The notes beneath the pieces were generated by a model. The model was not told the origin of the DNA. It saw only the letters and a program-made list of their open reading frames with translations, and searched no databases. From a virus (taxonomy: Duplodnaviria; Heunggongvirae; Uroviricota; Caudoviricetes; Demerecviridae): a stretch of DNA of 64,000 bases. The stretch is taken from positions 48,317-112,316 of IMG/VR virus record IMGVR_UViG_2974620188_000001. One strand, 5' to 3'. Shown here in pieces: positions 43,637 through 52,832 of this stretch; within the stretch, counting starts at the first letter, position 1; the number at the start of each line of letters is the position of its first letter. Made by a program: the position numbers and the translations under genes.

Positions 43637-44005
43637 ATGAAAGCATATCAAAATCTTAAATCTGGCGTAATTAACCTTGTTCATGAAAATCAGATTATTC
43701 AGCTATACTCCGACAATGGTGAACTTAAACAGAAAGTTCTAGTTGAAGATCTAGAAGGTATCATACCACAATTCGATCCTGAAGCCTTCCGTGAAGTTAA
43801 GGTGGAAGTCGCCCCTCAAATCGAAGGTGGTCAGCACCTAAATGTCAATGTGTTAAGCCGTGATCAGCTTTTGGATGCGCAGAAACATCCTGAAAAATAT
43901 CCTCAGTTGACCATCCGTGTCTCTGGCTACGCTGTTCGATTTAATGCACTGACTCGCGAACAACAGAACGACGTTATTAGTCGTACATTTACTCAGGCGA
44001 TGTAA
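43637..44005 (+). CDS. grcA: autonomous glycyl-radical cofactor (GrcA/YfiD-like)
   Basis: C-terminal half closely matches the GrcA/PFL glycyl-radical region ([11 protein letters not shown]...[21 protein letters not shown]); 122 aa. Confidence 0.75.
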   Translation: MKAYQNLKSGVINLVHENQIIQLYSDNGELKQKVLVEDLEGIIPQFDPEAFREVKVEVAPQIEGGQHLNVNVLSRDQLLDAQKHPEKYPQLTIRVSGYAVRFNALTREQQNDVISRTFTQAM

Positions 44006-44086
44006 TGGGGTTTGGATACGATTTCTCCCAGCTACGCAAGGTAGTCGAGCAAACTCCATTTATCTCCCAAGTTTTAGGAGAAATGT

Positions 44087-44392
44087 GTGGATCGAGCATT
44101 AAGACGCCATCACCGGCAACGTGTGAAGAACAACCGCAAGAAGTATTGGACAGTCTTCCCACATGAAGAAAGCCCTAAGCGGTTAGGTATTATCACTACT
44201 ACTCCTTGCATCTGTTCTTGTTGGATGTGCGGGAACCCTCGCAAATATTATAAGAATAGTAAAGCAGGTATGAAAACCTCTGAGATCAGGAAAATGGAAG
44301 CGATGATTATGGACATCACCTATACTGGTGGTATTTCAAATGATGAATTTGATGGCTTCGTGGCGTTTGAAGATGAACGCCCCGATCTGTAA
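44087..44392 (+). CDS. Cys-rich hypothetical protein (101 aa)
   Basis: GTG start with AGGAG. CICSCWMCGNPRKYY motif. Terminator at 44402-44438. Confidence 0.5.
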   Translation: MDRALRRHHRQRVKNNRKKYWTVFPHEESPKRLGIITTTPCICSCWMCGNPRKYYKNSKAGMKTSEIRKMEAMIMDITYTGGISNDEFDGFVAFEDERPDL

Positions 44393-44401
44393 TTAACAAC
44401 A

Positions 44402-44438
44402 AACCCCAGCTATTGAATAAGTAGTCTGGGGTTTTTCT
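44402..44438 (+). terminator. rho-independent terminator
   Basis: AACCCCAG...CTGGGGTT hairpin + TTTTCTG. Confidence 0.6.
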
Positions 44439-44513
44439 GTATACAGGTAAATAATTTATGTATAACAAAATTCATCCACATTAGGTTAATTTAAAAGACT
44501 TAATGGAGGTAAT

Positions 44514-44861
44514 ATGAGCCGTACTTATCGTAGACAATCTGGGGATCAGTGGTGGAAGTCTAAAGAACAATTCTCTCAAGAATATTCTTTCCTCAAAGAA
44601 AATGGTTACTGGATTCGTGTTATTTATGCTAAATCCTGGGATGATGTAGAACAGGAAATGAAGGAAGCAACCATTCGTAATGAGAAAAAGGATGGTTATA
44701 ACTGGAATTCTATTAGTAAGAATGTTAAGTGGCATTCTAATAAAATGGTTCGTCAAGGGAATCGTCAAGAACTCCACCGCGTGATGAAAGATCCAGAAAA
44801 TTATGCTTATAATCGCGATCATGACATGCGTAAGCGTGGATTATGGTGGTGCTATGACTAA
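44514..44861 (+). CDS. hypothetical Trp-rich basic protein (115 aa)
   Basis: ORF with RBS GGAGGTAATATG. Confidence 0.55.
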   Translation: MSRTYRRQSGDQWWKSKEQFSQEYSFLKENGYWIRVIYAKSWDDVEQEMKEATIRNEKKDGYNWNSISKNVKWHSNKMVRQGNRQELHRVMKDPENYAYNRDHDMRKRGLWWCYD

Positions 44862-44878
44862 ATTCTGAAATAATTCAT

Positions 44879-44907
44879 TTGCTAAACCTCTCTTTTCTTG
44901 CTATAAT
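44879..44907 (+). promoter_or_regulatory. T5-type early promoter
   Basis: TTGCTA-17 nt-TATAAT with leader TATAAATTGATGAGAGAGG. Confidence 0.6.
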
Positions 44908-44937
44908 ATATTTATAAATTGATGAGAGAGGTTTGAA

Positions 44938-45219
44938 ATGAAAACTCGTCTAGACTGTGCTGTTCATGTTCTTGAACATGATGTTGTGGGAACCTGTATG
45001 TCTTATCACGAAGCAGGTCGTTTAATTAAAGAACGTGTGGCAGATGTGTGCGGATTGAAGATTACTGCTGAGGAAGCTGATGATCTTTTAGGTCAAGCAC
45101 TAGAGAAAACCGAAATATTCCTCTGCGATTCTTGTTCTTGGTGGTGTGAAGCTCACGAACGTTCTTTCAACGATTATGATGTATGTCGTGATTGTAGTGG
45201 GGAGGATGAAGATGAATAA
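44938..45219 (+). CDS. hypothetical Cys-rich protein (93 aa) ending GEDEDE
   Basis: ORF whose stop overlaps the next start in the motif GAAGATGAATAA. Confidence 0.55.
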   Translation: MKTRLDCAVHVLEHDVVGTCMSYHEAGRLIKERVADVCGLKITAEEADDLLGQALEKTEIFLCDSCSWWCEAHERSFNDYDVCRDCSGEDEDE

Positions 45220-45511
45220 GTTTATTATTGCACTGATGATCTCCGCAGTTAGTTTCGGTTCTCTGGCATCTACCAAAGTTTCTATGAAAAATGGTAATGT
45301 TAAAGTCCAACAGAACGGCATTATTACCGAGTATGGTAAAGTTCGTGATGTTAAGGAACGTAATGGTAAAGTAGAAATATATACTAATAAAAACTTCTCT
45401 ACTCCAGCCGTTACTATTAGCAAACGCGGTGAAATAACCACTCAACGTACTAATAGCTCCAGTTCTTTTACTTGTCGTTATGATTGCGACTTTGAAGGTG
45501 AAGATGAATAA
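45211..45511 (+). CDS. secreted small protein (100 aa) ending EGEDE
   Basis: Signal peptide MNKFIIALMISAVSFGSLAS. The same GAAGATGAATAA junction recurs at its 3' end. Confidence 0.5.
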
Positions 45512-45923
45512 TTTAGACCCTAGAATTAAATTTGCAATTACAGAAATCCAAGATCAAATTGATGAGGATTTCACTGTTTGGTCAAGGTCTGGTAATGGGG
45601 AATATTGCCAGCTTTATAGCATGAAAATGGGTATCTCAATTGATCTTAATATCAACTCTGAAGGTAGAGTAGAAGCCCAACCCATGTTCAGTGTTCCAGG
45701 CTTCTCTGGATTTGTTGCAGGTATAAAATTGTGTCTACCCAATAACCATCTTCATCGAGTTATTTGTCAGCTAGAGACTATTAAGCATTTCTTACCAGAA
45801 GGTAACATTAATGACTACTACCATGAAGTTGTAGCAGCTCATATGATGAAAGAATGCAAACGTAGGAGAGAAGAACGTGAAAAAGCTAAACATCAACAGC
45901 ACGGTGCGGATTCCAGCAACTAA
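45504..45923 (+). CDS. hypothetical protein (139 aa)
   Basis: Starts MNNLDPRIKFAITE at the repeated junction. Confidence 0.5.
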   Translation: MNNLDPRIKFAITEIQDQIDEDFTVWSRSGNGEYCQLYSMKMGISIDLNINSEGRVEAQPMFSVPGFSGFVAGIKLCLPNNHLHRVICQLETIKHFLPEGNINDYYHEVVAAHMMKECKRRREEREKAKHQQHGADSSN

Positions 45924-46173
45924 GGATGTTTTAACATTCCTACGTAGTGAGAATACCCAGTTTTGGCATGACTATATTCAGGAAAATAAAAATAATCCAG
46001 ATGTAGTTGCCTTTGCTAAAAAACGTATCGAGGAGTACAAAGATCCAGAGATTAAAGAGGGTATGATTACTATGCAGCTGTGGGTAGCTATGCAAACCTT
46101 TGGGCCTACCATGTGCTTAGGGAATACCCCATTATTTACAAATATTTTAATTAATGAAAAGGATCTGAAATGA
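45877..46173 (+). CDS. hypothetical protein (98 aa)
   Basis: GTG start with AGGAGAG. Overlaps the upstream gene. Confidence 0.45.
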   Translation: MKKLNINSTVRIPATKDVLTFLRSENTQFWHDYIQENKNNPDVVAFAKKRIEEYKDPEIKEGMITMQLWVAMQTFGPTMCLGNTPLFTNILINEKDLK

Positions 46174-46454
46174 TTATCTCTCCATTTGCTCTTTGGTTCG
46201 TTATTGGGTCTATAGTTGCTATTTACAGCTTGATTGATGATCTGTATATCTCTAAGAACAAAGACGTACTTTTATATGTTATACATAAAACACGCCCACT
46301 AGATCTAGCACCTCTTGATGATAAAACACTACTCAGATGTGGTATGTCTGTGATATTTATTATGGATATTCTGCTAGGACCAGCATCTGTATTTTTCTAT
46401 TACCGAAAAACTCGTAATATGAAAAAATTTAAAGCAGAAATGCAGAATAATTAA
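46170..46454 (+). CDS. small membrane protein (94 aa, 2 TM)
   Basis: Hydrophobic segments FALWFVIGSIVAIYSLI and MSVIFIMDILLGPASVFFYY. Confidence 0.5.
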   Translation: MIISPFALWFVIGSIVAIYSLIDDLYISKNKDVLLYVIHKTRPLDLAPLDDKTLLRCGMSVIFIMDILLGPASVFFYYRKTRNMKKFKAEMQNN

Positions 46455-46564
46455 AGAACTCGCGTAGGACCGAGTTGCGTCACCTGCAACTGTTACGGAT
46501 AAGGGAGTCGTGCCCCTTAGTGCGGTAAGTGGTGAGTTGGTCGCTGACCTTAACTGGAGATTAT

Positions 46565-46909
46565 ATGACTATAGTACTAATTCTTGTTACCACTTGGTTT
46601 TTAATCGGCGCTGGGTATGCAGTAGCTATACTTAGACACTTAGATGAATATTCTGCTGAATGGTTCATTAAACACCTTCGTATAGACAACAAGGAGCACG
46701 AGTTTGAAAACGAAAAACAAAGAAAAGCAGTTGAAGAAATGACAGGCGAAGAATGCTTATTCTATATGCGTGCAATAGGATTCTTAGGATTATTTAGTGC
46801 TGGCCCACTAGGTTTTACCATAGCTCCTTATAAAGAAACAGTAGACGATATTAAGTTATGGAGAAATGCAGGGGTACTGCACAAAGCTAGAAAAACTAAT
46901 ATTACATAA
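46565..46909 (+). CDS. membrane protein (~114 aa)
   Basis: ATG at 46565 with GGAG. TM TIVLILVTTWFLIGAGYAVAIL. The track start at 46529 lacks an RBS. Confidence 0.5.
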   Translation: MTIVLILVTTWFLIGAGYAVAILRHLDEYSAEWFIKHLRIDNKEHEFENEKQRKAVEEMTGEECLFYMRAIGFLGLFSAGPLGFTIAPYKETVDDIKLWRNAGVLHKARKTNIT

Positions 46910-46954
46910 GATTGACACTAAGTCAGCTTACTAGCAAAAGCAAATAATGACAAA

Positions 46955-46990
46955 GCCCAGCCTGCACTTTTGCGACTGGGCTATTTTTAT
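46955..46990 (+). terminator. rho-independent terminator
   Basis: GCCCAG...CTGGGC hairpin + TATTTTTAT. Confidence 0.55.
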
Positions 46991-47003
46991 AATAAAATTT
47001 TAG

Positions 47004-47032
47004 TTGCTTAGATGCCCAAACTTTTGTATAAT
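47004..47032 (+). promoter_or_regulatory. T5-type early promoter
   Basis: TTGCTT-17 nt-TATAAT. Confidence 0.6.
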
Positions 47033-47063
47033 ATGTTTATAGATTGAGGCAAGAGGATTAAAT

Positions 47064-47762
47064 ATGAGGATTATTTCTAAGTTCGCCGATGTGTATGATT
47101 TGCAGAACAGTTTGTTCGACCCAGATCGTGTTTGGGAGCGTAAAACTGAAGAGCTACTAGTTAAAGTAACTGATGATGCAGAAAAGAACATCGTGCATAG
47201 TCGCCAGGTATTTCGTGATGGTTCGCTATCTTTCCGTGGTGATTTCGAATATTTTGTAAACCCACTATTTGTTGCAGGCGAAGTTTACTGGTTACACGAG
47301 CTATACTGCTGGCATCCAGCATTTAGCTTCAAAACGTTCAACCTCGACACTATGTTCGATAAAATGGAAGAGATGGGGTTGCATGCTCGCTCCTACTTAA
47401 TGGATAAGAGTCGTGGAGATGTTCGTGAAACAATGCGTGATCTGCTCGTTGAAGCAAAACCTAAAGCAGAACGTATCTTGTCCGAACTGCGTGTACCGAT
47501 TGCATATGTGAAAGGTATCAAGAAGAACGATAACGATGATGTTCGTAACTTCGTGATTCAGACTAACATTCGTTTCCATCAGTCCGGTATTCCGTGGCAG
47601 GAAATTGAAAGTAACTTATACCGTTTACACCAAGTTCTCGAACAGTATATCTTCGGTGTACTAGGAACTGGTGAGCCTGATATGATTAAAGTATCAGATA
47701 AAGACAGGTTAGCAGCGCATGGATTTGATACAAAAACTTCTTTCAGGAATATGGCACGGTAA
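47064..47762 (+). CDS. hypothetical protein (232 aa)
   Basis: ORF with RBS GAGGATTAAAT. Confidence 0.55.
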   Translation: MRIISKFADVYDLQNSLFDPDRVWERKTEELLVKVTDDAEKNIVHSRQVFRDGSLSFRGDFEYFVNPLFVAGEVYWLHELYCWHPAFSFKTFNLDTMFDKMEEMGLHARSYLMDKSRGDVRETMRDLLVEAKPKAERILSELRVPIAYVKGIKKNDNDDVRNFVIQTNIRFHQSGIPWQEIESNLYRLHQVLEQYIFGVLGTGEPDMIKVSDKDRLAAHGFDTKTSFRNMAR

Positions 47763-48168
47763 GTGGTATATCCTGGGAGCAGGTCTAGCGATAGGCATCG
47801 GGTTCGGTGCTTATCACTTAGTAGATAAAGTGGAGACTTTAGCGGGAGATCTTGCGGTAGCTACTAAAAAGATCTCTTCTCTAGAAACTTCCCTTAGTAA
47901 GGTGAAAGCTGAAAGTGAACTTCGTGAGACTAGAATGAATCAGTATTTCACAATGAATAATATTTCGCAAGCAGATCTAGACAAAAAGATTAAGCAGTTA
48001 GACAAAGCTCTTAGTCGCCAAGATATTATAGCTGCAAAGCCTGGATTGGTAACATTAATTGCTAAAAAGCAGAGTAAAGAGTTCGAGGAAAGATTAGCAT
48101 GTTTAACTGGAAACTTGGAATACTGCTCGCAGCCGCAATCACAATCACAGGCTGTGCAGAAGAAATAA
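47719..48168 (+). CDS. membrane-anchored coiled-coil protein (i-spanin-like)
   Basis: N-terminal TM WYILGAGLAIGIGFGAYHLV followed by a long coiled coil. Confidence 0.35.
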   Translation: MDLIQKLLSGIWHGKWYILGAGLAIGIGFGAYHLVDKVETLAGDLAVATKKISSLETSLSKVKAESELRETRMNQYFTMNNISQADLDKKIKQLDKALSRQDIIAAKPGLVTLIAKKQSKEFEERLACLTGNLEYCSQPQSQSQAVQKK

Positions 48169-48452
48169 AACCAGAGCCATCTCATGAGTTAAAGCAAGCT
48201 CATGTAGACTGGCCTAAAGGACTTCAACCTTGTAGCTTTGACTTTAAGTTTGAAAAGAAATTAGCTACAAATGGAGAAGATGGCGTAGTAGTTGTTGTAC
48301 CATATAAAGATTGGAATGCAAAAGCAAAATGTGAGGAAGCAGTTTACTCTTACATTTCACGACTGACTGGTATGGTTTGCTTCTATCGCCAAGATTTACA
48401 AGAAAAACGTTGCTTAGTTTACTATCCACCAATTAACAATAGGAAAGATTAA
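48099..48452 (+). CDS. lipoprotein embedded/overlapping in another frame (o-spanin-like)
   Basis: Lipobox LLAAAITITGC and several Cys. The start is nested inside the 3' end of 47719..48168. Confidence 0.35.
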   Translation: MFNWKLGILLAAAITITGCAEEIKPEPSHELKQAHVDWPKGLQPCSFDFKFEKKLATNGEDGVVVVVPYKDWNAKAKCEEAVYSYISRLTGMVCFYRQDLQEKRCLVYYPPINNRKD

Positions 48453-49204
48453 TGTTAGTATTAGTCGGTTTACATGGTGAAGCTGGTTCGGGAAAAGATA
48501 CCGTTGCAAAATTAATTATCGATTGGTGTAATGACACGTATCCAACGTGTTTATCCCGTCGTTATAGTTTTGCTAAGCCCGTTTATGAACTTGCATCCGT
48601 AATCCTCGGTGTAACTCCAGAGTTTCTAGGAGAGCGCAGAGGAAAAGAGATTGACCAATGGTTTACGGTCACACAATCTCAATTGGAGCGAGCTAGAGAT
48701 GTGTGGTTTAAGTACGGTATCGATAAGTTTGAAGACTTCTCGTACGTTTGGCCTATTTTTGAGGAAAAATATCTTAATCCTCAACAACTTATCTCAGAGA
48801 ATAAAGAAGACGGACTTTATAGTTTATTTATTTCTCCGAGAAAAATGTTACAGCTCGTAGGGACAGAGCTAGGAAGGCAGCTGGTGCATGAACGCATTTG
48901 GCTCATAATTCTGGAGCAATCCATCGCTAAAGACGACCCAGATGTCGCCGTAATAACAGATGTTAGATTCCCCAATGAAGGAGAGTTACTCAGAGAAACA
49001 AACCATTTAGATATGGATTCTTTGATAGTAAATGTAGTACCCGCTGAGCAGAAGTTCACTATTAAATCAGATCATCCATCTGAAAGTGGTATTCCTGCAA
49101 AATATATTACTCACGAATTAGTTAATAAATTCGATGGTATCAATAACCTTAAACTAGAAGTTTATAACTTCTGTGACTTAGAGCTAGAACCACTAGTTGG
49201 ATAA
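48452..49204 (+). CDS. dnk: deoxynucleoside monophosphate kinase
   Basis: N-terminal P-loop GLHGEAGSGKDT (similar to T4 gp1 GxxGSGKDT). 250 aa as for T5 dNMP kinase. Confidence 0.55.
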   Translation: MLVLVGLHGEAGSGKDTVAKLIIDWCNDTYPTCLSRRYSFAKPVYELASVILGVTPEFLGERRGKEIDQWFTVTQSQLERARDVWFKYGIDKFEDFSYVWPIFEEKYLNPQQLISENKEDGLYSLFISPRKMLQLVGTELGRQLVHERIWLIILEQSIAKDDPDVAVITDVRFPNEGELLRETNHLDMDSLIVNVVPAEQKFTIKSDHPSESGIPAKYITHELVNKFDGINNLKLEVYNFCDLELEPLVG

Positions 49205-49216
49205 TCAAGGATCGCT

Positions 49217-49816
49217 ATGACTAATAAAAAAGAAGAAAAGACTAACCTGTTTCACTCCATTCGCCAATCTAACGAGTATACCTTTTTCTTTGATGAAGAA
49301 TTAGGCCCGCCGGATGAATACCGTGATTTATCAATGGTACTTATGCAGGCAAATGAGGACGACGAAATTAATCTGATGATTAATGGTCCGGGTGGTTATG
49401 TTGATACTGCTGCACAGTTATCTAACTTAATTGCTAATTGCCGTGGAACAGTTATAGGACACCTGATTGGTCCTAGTGCTTCTGCTTACTGCACAATTTT
49501 CCTATCTTGTCATGGATGGGTAGTACATCCACATGCTACGCTAATGGGACACACGTTCTCTGGCGGGTTCTGTGAGAAGGGTCAAGAAATCAAGAAAGCC
49601 TATGAATCTTACAACAAGTTTGTAGAAGATATGATGCTAGATGTCTACTATCCGTTCTTCTCAATAGATGAAATCGACGAGATGGTAAAAGATAACAAAA
49701 ATATCTATCTAGATAGCAAGGAAATCCATAAGCGTATTGAAATCTTGGCAAAATATCGATCTGAGCAATATAATAAAGCCCAGTTACCTCAATCCGAGGA
49801 GCACAACGAAGAGTAA
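49217..49816 (+). CDS. ClpP-like serine peptidase (S14 family)
   Basis: LMINGPGGYVDTAAQ (cf. ClpP INSPGG) and GPSASAYC (cf. GQAASMG) around the catalytic Ser. Confidence 0.5.
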   Translation: MTNKKEEKTNLFHSIRQSNEYTFFFDEELGPPDEYRDLSMVLMQANEDDEINLMINGPGGYVDTAAQLSNLIANCRGTVIGHLIGPSASAYCTIFLSCHGWVVHPHATLMGHTFSGGFCEKGQEIKKAYESYNKFVEDMMLDVYYPFFSIDEIDEMVKDNKNIYLDSKEIHKRIEILAKYRSEQYNKAQLPQSEEHNEE

Positions 49817-49825
49817 GTAGTTTTA

Positions 49826-49858
49826 AGCCAGGGTTTAACGACCCTGGCTTTTCTTTTA
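49826..49858 (+). terminator. strong rho-independent terminator
   Basis: GCCAGGGT-TTAACG-ACCCTGGC + TTTTCTTTTAT. Confidence 0.7.
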
Positions 49859-49920
49859 TCTAAAATTCTTCTTGACAACGACAAAATTTTATGCTCCAGA
49901 AGTGATCTTTAAAAACACAT

Positions 49921-49949
49921 TGTAATTTTCCTCCAAAATTAGTATAATG
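49921..49949 (+). promoter_or_regulatory. promoter for the lysis cassette
   Basis: TTGTAA-17 nt-TATAAT. An additional TTGACA lies at 49872. Confidence 0.5.
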
Positions 49950-49972
49950 GTACTGGTTAGAGGAGGTTACAA

Positions 49973-50629
49973 TTGGAAAAGTTCTTACAATTATTAACGG
50001 TACTGCTCCAAGAAGCGAAAGATCCAGCATCGCTTCTTAAACGTCTGCTAACTATCTTAGTTGCTGTCATTATTTTCTTATTTGTTAGTAATACTAGCGA
50101 GGTGATGTCATTCTTAAAGACTTTCTCCACGTCTGCGGTTCTACAGGATGTTCAAACTCAAAGGATAGATAACTTTCCTAATGTAGCTAGAGAAAAGAGC
50201 ATGGTACTCTTTTCTCAAACGGGTGCGGATGCTGTTTTTGTCGTCAAGTATAAACCCGATGCCATTAATGATTATTCTAACATTATTGCATGGGAAAGCA
50301 ATGCGCAATTAGATAGGGCTGACTTGGCCGATAAAGCGGTAAATAAAACGTCTGAGCTATATAGACGTCACTTGGAAGGCTTTAACTACGCATCGGATTT
50401 AAGTGTAAAAGTAAATAAATACATGGGGTTAAATATACCTGCGTTTAAGAACGTTACTTTTAATTACATATACACTTGTCCATATTTCAATCTAAACAAT
50501 ATCTATGCTGGATATATTGGTATTGCTTGGAAAGATAATCCGGTAGATACAGCTGATTCTGAACAGTTCAAGGAATATTTAGCAAAGCTCTGTTCCCCAC
50601 AACAGAGATCTTTAGGTAGATCAATATGA
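49973..50629 (+). CDS. holin (T5-type, 218 aa)
   Basis: TTG start with AGGAGG 7 nt upstream. N-terminal TM LLTILVAVIIFLFV. Immediately precedes and overlaps (ATGA) the endolysin. Confidence 0.65.
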   Translation: MEKFLQLLTVLLQEAKDPASLLKRLLTILVAVIIFLFVSNTSEVMSFLKTFSTSAVLQDVQTQRIDNFPNVAREKSMVLFSQTGADAVFVVKYKPDAINDYSNIIAWESNAQLDRADLADKAVNKTSELYRRHLEGFNYASDLSVKVNKYMGLNIPAFKNVTFNYIYTCPYFNLNNIYAGYIGIAWKDNPVDTADSEQFKEYLAKLCSPQQRSLGRSI

Positions 50630-51039
50630 GTTTTAAATTTGGTAAAAATAGCGAAAAACAATTAGCTACCGTTAAGCCAGAGCTACAAAAAGTAGCTCGT
50701 AGGGCTTTAGAATTATCTCCGTATGATTTCACAATCGTACAGGGTATTCGTACAGTAGCACAAAGTGCCCAGAATATTGCTAATGGTACTTCATTTCTAA
50801 AAGATCCTAGTAAAAGCAAGCATATTACTGGGGATGCTCTTGATTTTGCTCCATACATTAATGGCAAGATTGATTGGAATGACTTAGAAGCATTTTGGGC
50901 AGTTAAAAAGGCTTTTGAACAAGCTGGTAAAGAACTGGGCATTAAACTTCGTTTTGGTGCTGATTGGAATGCTTCGGGAGATTATCACGATGAAATAAAA
51001 CGTGGTACCTATGATGGCGGTCATGTCGAACTAGTTTAA
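50626..51039 (+). CDS. lys: endolysin, L-alanyl-D-glutamate peptidase (T5 Lys-like, 137 aa)
   Basis: MSFKFGKNSEKQLATVKPELQKVARRALELSPYDFTIVQG... with zinc-peptidase H/D/H residues. Confidence 0.8.
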   Translation: MSFKFGKNSEKQLATVKPELQKVARRALELSPYDFTIVQGIRTVAQSAQNIANGTSFLKDPSKSKHITGDALDFAPYINGKIDWNDLEAFWAVKKAFEQAGKELGIKLRFGADWNASGDYHDEIKRGTYDGGHVELV

Positions 51040-51049
51040 TTAATAACTG

Positions 51050-51074
51050 AGGCGGGAATATTCCCGCCTTTTTA
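51050..51074 (+). terminator. rho-independent terminator after the lysis cassette
   Basis: GGCGGGAA-TA-TTCCCGCC + TTTTT. Confidence 0.7.
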
Positions 51075-51116
51075 GGCAAAGGGGGCTTTAATAATTTTTG
51101 AAGATAGGAGAAAGCC

Positions 51117-51533
51117 ATGTTTGCAGAACTATTCACTATGATGCTGCTAGGTATCTGGAAAATAAGTCTAGTAGTATTCGTTTTAATGATAGTCTTTACT
51201 ATCATTGCATTAACTACCCGAAATAGCTTATTAATAAAGGTTATTCACGGACTAGAGTATATAATTATGGGTTCATTCGGCGTTTGTAAATGCAATTGCC
51301 ATAGAGATACGAAATATTGTTGGTTATGGATGGAACTAGAGAATCCTATATCCATAGCTTTGGCTGTTTCATTCGGCATGATTCTTATGGCCCTTACTCT
51401 AGCATTAATACCTTTGATGTTAGCTGGGGGAGTTACAGCATATTTCACCCTTTTCTCCCCGATACTTATGTACTCAATTTACCCAATAACTATGTATCTA
51501 GTTAGGAAAAGATTTATACATATAGTAGATTAA
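51117..51533 (+). CDS. polytopic membrane protein (138 aa)
   Basis: Several hydrophobic helices, with RBS GGAGAAAG. Confidence 0.5.
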   Translation: MFAELFTMMLLGIWKISLVVFVLMIVFTIIALTTRNSLLIKVIHGLEYIIMGSFGVCKCNCHRDTKYCWLWMELENPISIALAVSFGMILMALTLALIPLMLAGGVTAYFTLFSPILMYSIYPITMYLVRKRFIHIVD

Positions 51534-51546
51534 GATAAAAAAGTAG

Positions 51547-51575
51547 TTGACTTTTAGCCCTAGTTATTATATAAT
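51547..51575 (+). promoter_or_regulatory. T5-type early promoter
   Basis: TTGACT-17 nt-TATAAT. Confidence 0.6.
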
Positions 51576-51608
51576 ATATACATAAATTAGTTAAGAGAGG
51601 TATATATT

Positions 51609-52040
51609 ATGTCTGATCGTTTCTATACTCAAATGGCGGAACATTTTCGTATACCACATTACGAGCTAAACATTGCACTCCGTGATCATGACTCTCCTGA
51701 GTACAAAAAGCTCGAAAAGAAAGCGGAAAAATCTATTGATACAAAGGTAGGTGCATCTATGTCTAAGGGCAAAAAGTTAACTCGTCTTGATCTTAATAAA
51801 ATTTTAACTGAACTTTTGGGTACTGATATTGAGGGCGCTAAATTACCGCTTCTTGTACTAGAGACTATGATTAAAAAGGTCAAAAATAAAGAATATAAGA
51901 AGGTAGAAGTCCCAGAAGGCAGATTAAAGGCTCCTTATCAGGAAGCATTAACCGAGTGTTTGGGTGTAAATCTTGATCTGAGCACCGCAACCGTAAAAAC
52001 TATGAAAAACTTCTTAGAGGCCATTAATAACTATGAGTAA
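51609..52040 (+). CDS. hypothetical protein (143 aa)
   Basis: ORF with RBS AGAGAGG. Confidence 0.55.
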   Translation: MSDRFYTQMAEHFRIPHYELNIALRDHDSPEYKKLEKKAEKSIDTKVGASMSKGKKLTRLDLNKILTELLGTDIEGAKLPLLVLETMIKKVKNKEYKKVEVPEGRLKAPYQEALTECLGVNLDLSTATVKTMKNFLEAINNYE

Positions 52041-52323
52041 ATTAGTATATCTATTGAAAGGTTCTACTTGCAATCCTTGCAAAATGTTTGAGCCAGTATT
52101 TGATAAAGTAGTCAATGACTATAATCTGGAAATTCATAAAGAGACTGATAATACAGAATTAATGCAGAAATTTGGTGTACGCCAAGTTCCTGTAGTAGTT
52201 CTAGCGGATCGCTTACCTAATGGTCGAGTAGAAGCTAATCATATTTTGATTGGACGTCAGCTTCGTAAAGAAACTATGCACGAAGCTATTAAAAATTTCC
52301 TGGATGATAATCCAGAGGATTAA
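52033..52323 (+). CDS. thioredoxin-like protein (CxxC)
   Basis: GSTCNPCKMFEPVF...VRQVPVVVL thioredoxin fold signature; 96 aa. Confidence 0.55.
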   Translation: MSKLVYLLKGSTCNPCKMFEPVFDKVVNDYNLEIHKETDNTELMQKFGVRQVPVVVLADRLPNGRVEANHILIGRQLRKETMHEAIKNFLDDNPED

Positions 52324-52330
52324 TAAACCA

Positions 52331-52364
52331 AGCCTGATCTTAGCGGATCAGGCTTTTATTTTAC
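52331..52364 (+). terminator. rho-independent terminator
   Basis: AGCCTGATC...GATCAGGCT + TTTTATTTT. Confidence 0.7.
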
Positions 52365-52393
52365 TTGCTTTTTGCTAAAAATTTTGGTATAAT
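52365..52393 (+). promoter_or_regulatory. T5-type early promoter
   Basis: TTGCTT-17 nt-TATAAT. Confidence 0.55.
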
Positions 52394-52450
52394 AATTATA
52401 TAAATTGATAAGAAGGCTATCTACACACTACAAGAAATAGGGGTATTCCA

Positions 52451-52828
52451 ATGAACTATGCATATCTAATTATTAATAATAACGTAGTTTGTGGTACTCG
52501 CGCTGTTGAGATGGGTATTACAGAAGAAAAGTATAAGTCACTTCCAGAAAAGGAACAACAATATTATGTTGAAGAAGCTGCTTGGGAGTATGCTGAGGTT
52601 TATCCCGAAGAACGTGAAGATTGTCTTACTCTTGTTGTGTCTCTGGGTTTGGTTGGCTGTGATACCGAAGTTGATACAGACCTAGAGACTTTAGAGGAGT
52701 GGGAAGAGTTAGATATTTCAGCTAAAAACTCCTTAATCCGTGAAGCCTTTTGGGAAGCTGTAGATTGCCACGTAGTATTTGAACCTAATGATGAAGAGGC
52801 TGAAAAACATACTAACCATTGGGGATAA
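52451..52828 (+). CDS. acidic hypothetical protein (125 aa)
   Basis: ORF. Confidence 0.5.
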   Translation: MNYAYLIINNNVVCGTRAVEMGITEEKYKSLPEKEQQYYVEEAAWEYAEVYPEEREDCLTLVVSLGLVGCDTEVDTDLETLEEWEELDISAKNSLIREAFWEAVDCHVVFEPNDEEAEKHTNHWG

Positions 52829-52832
52829 TTAA

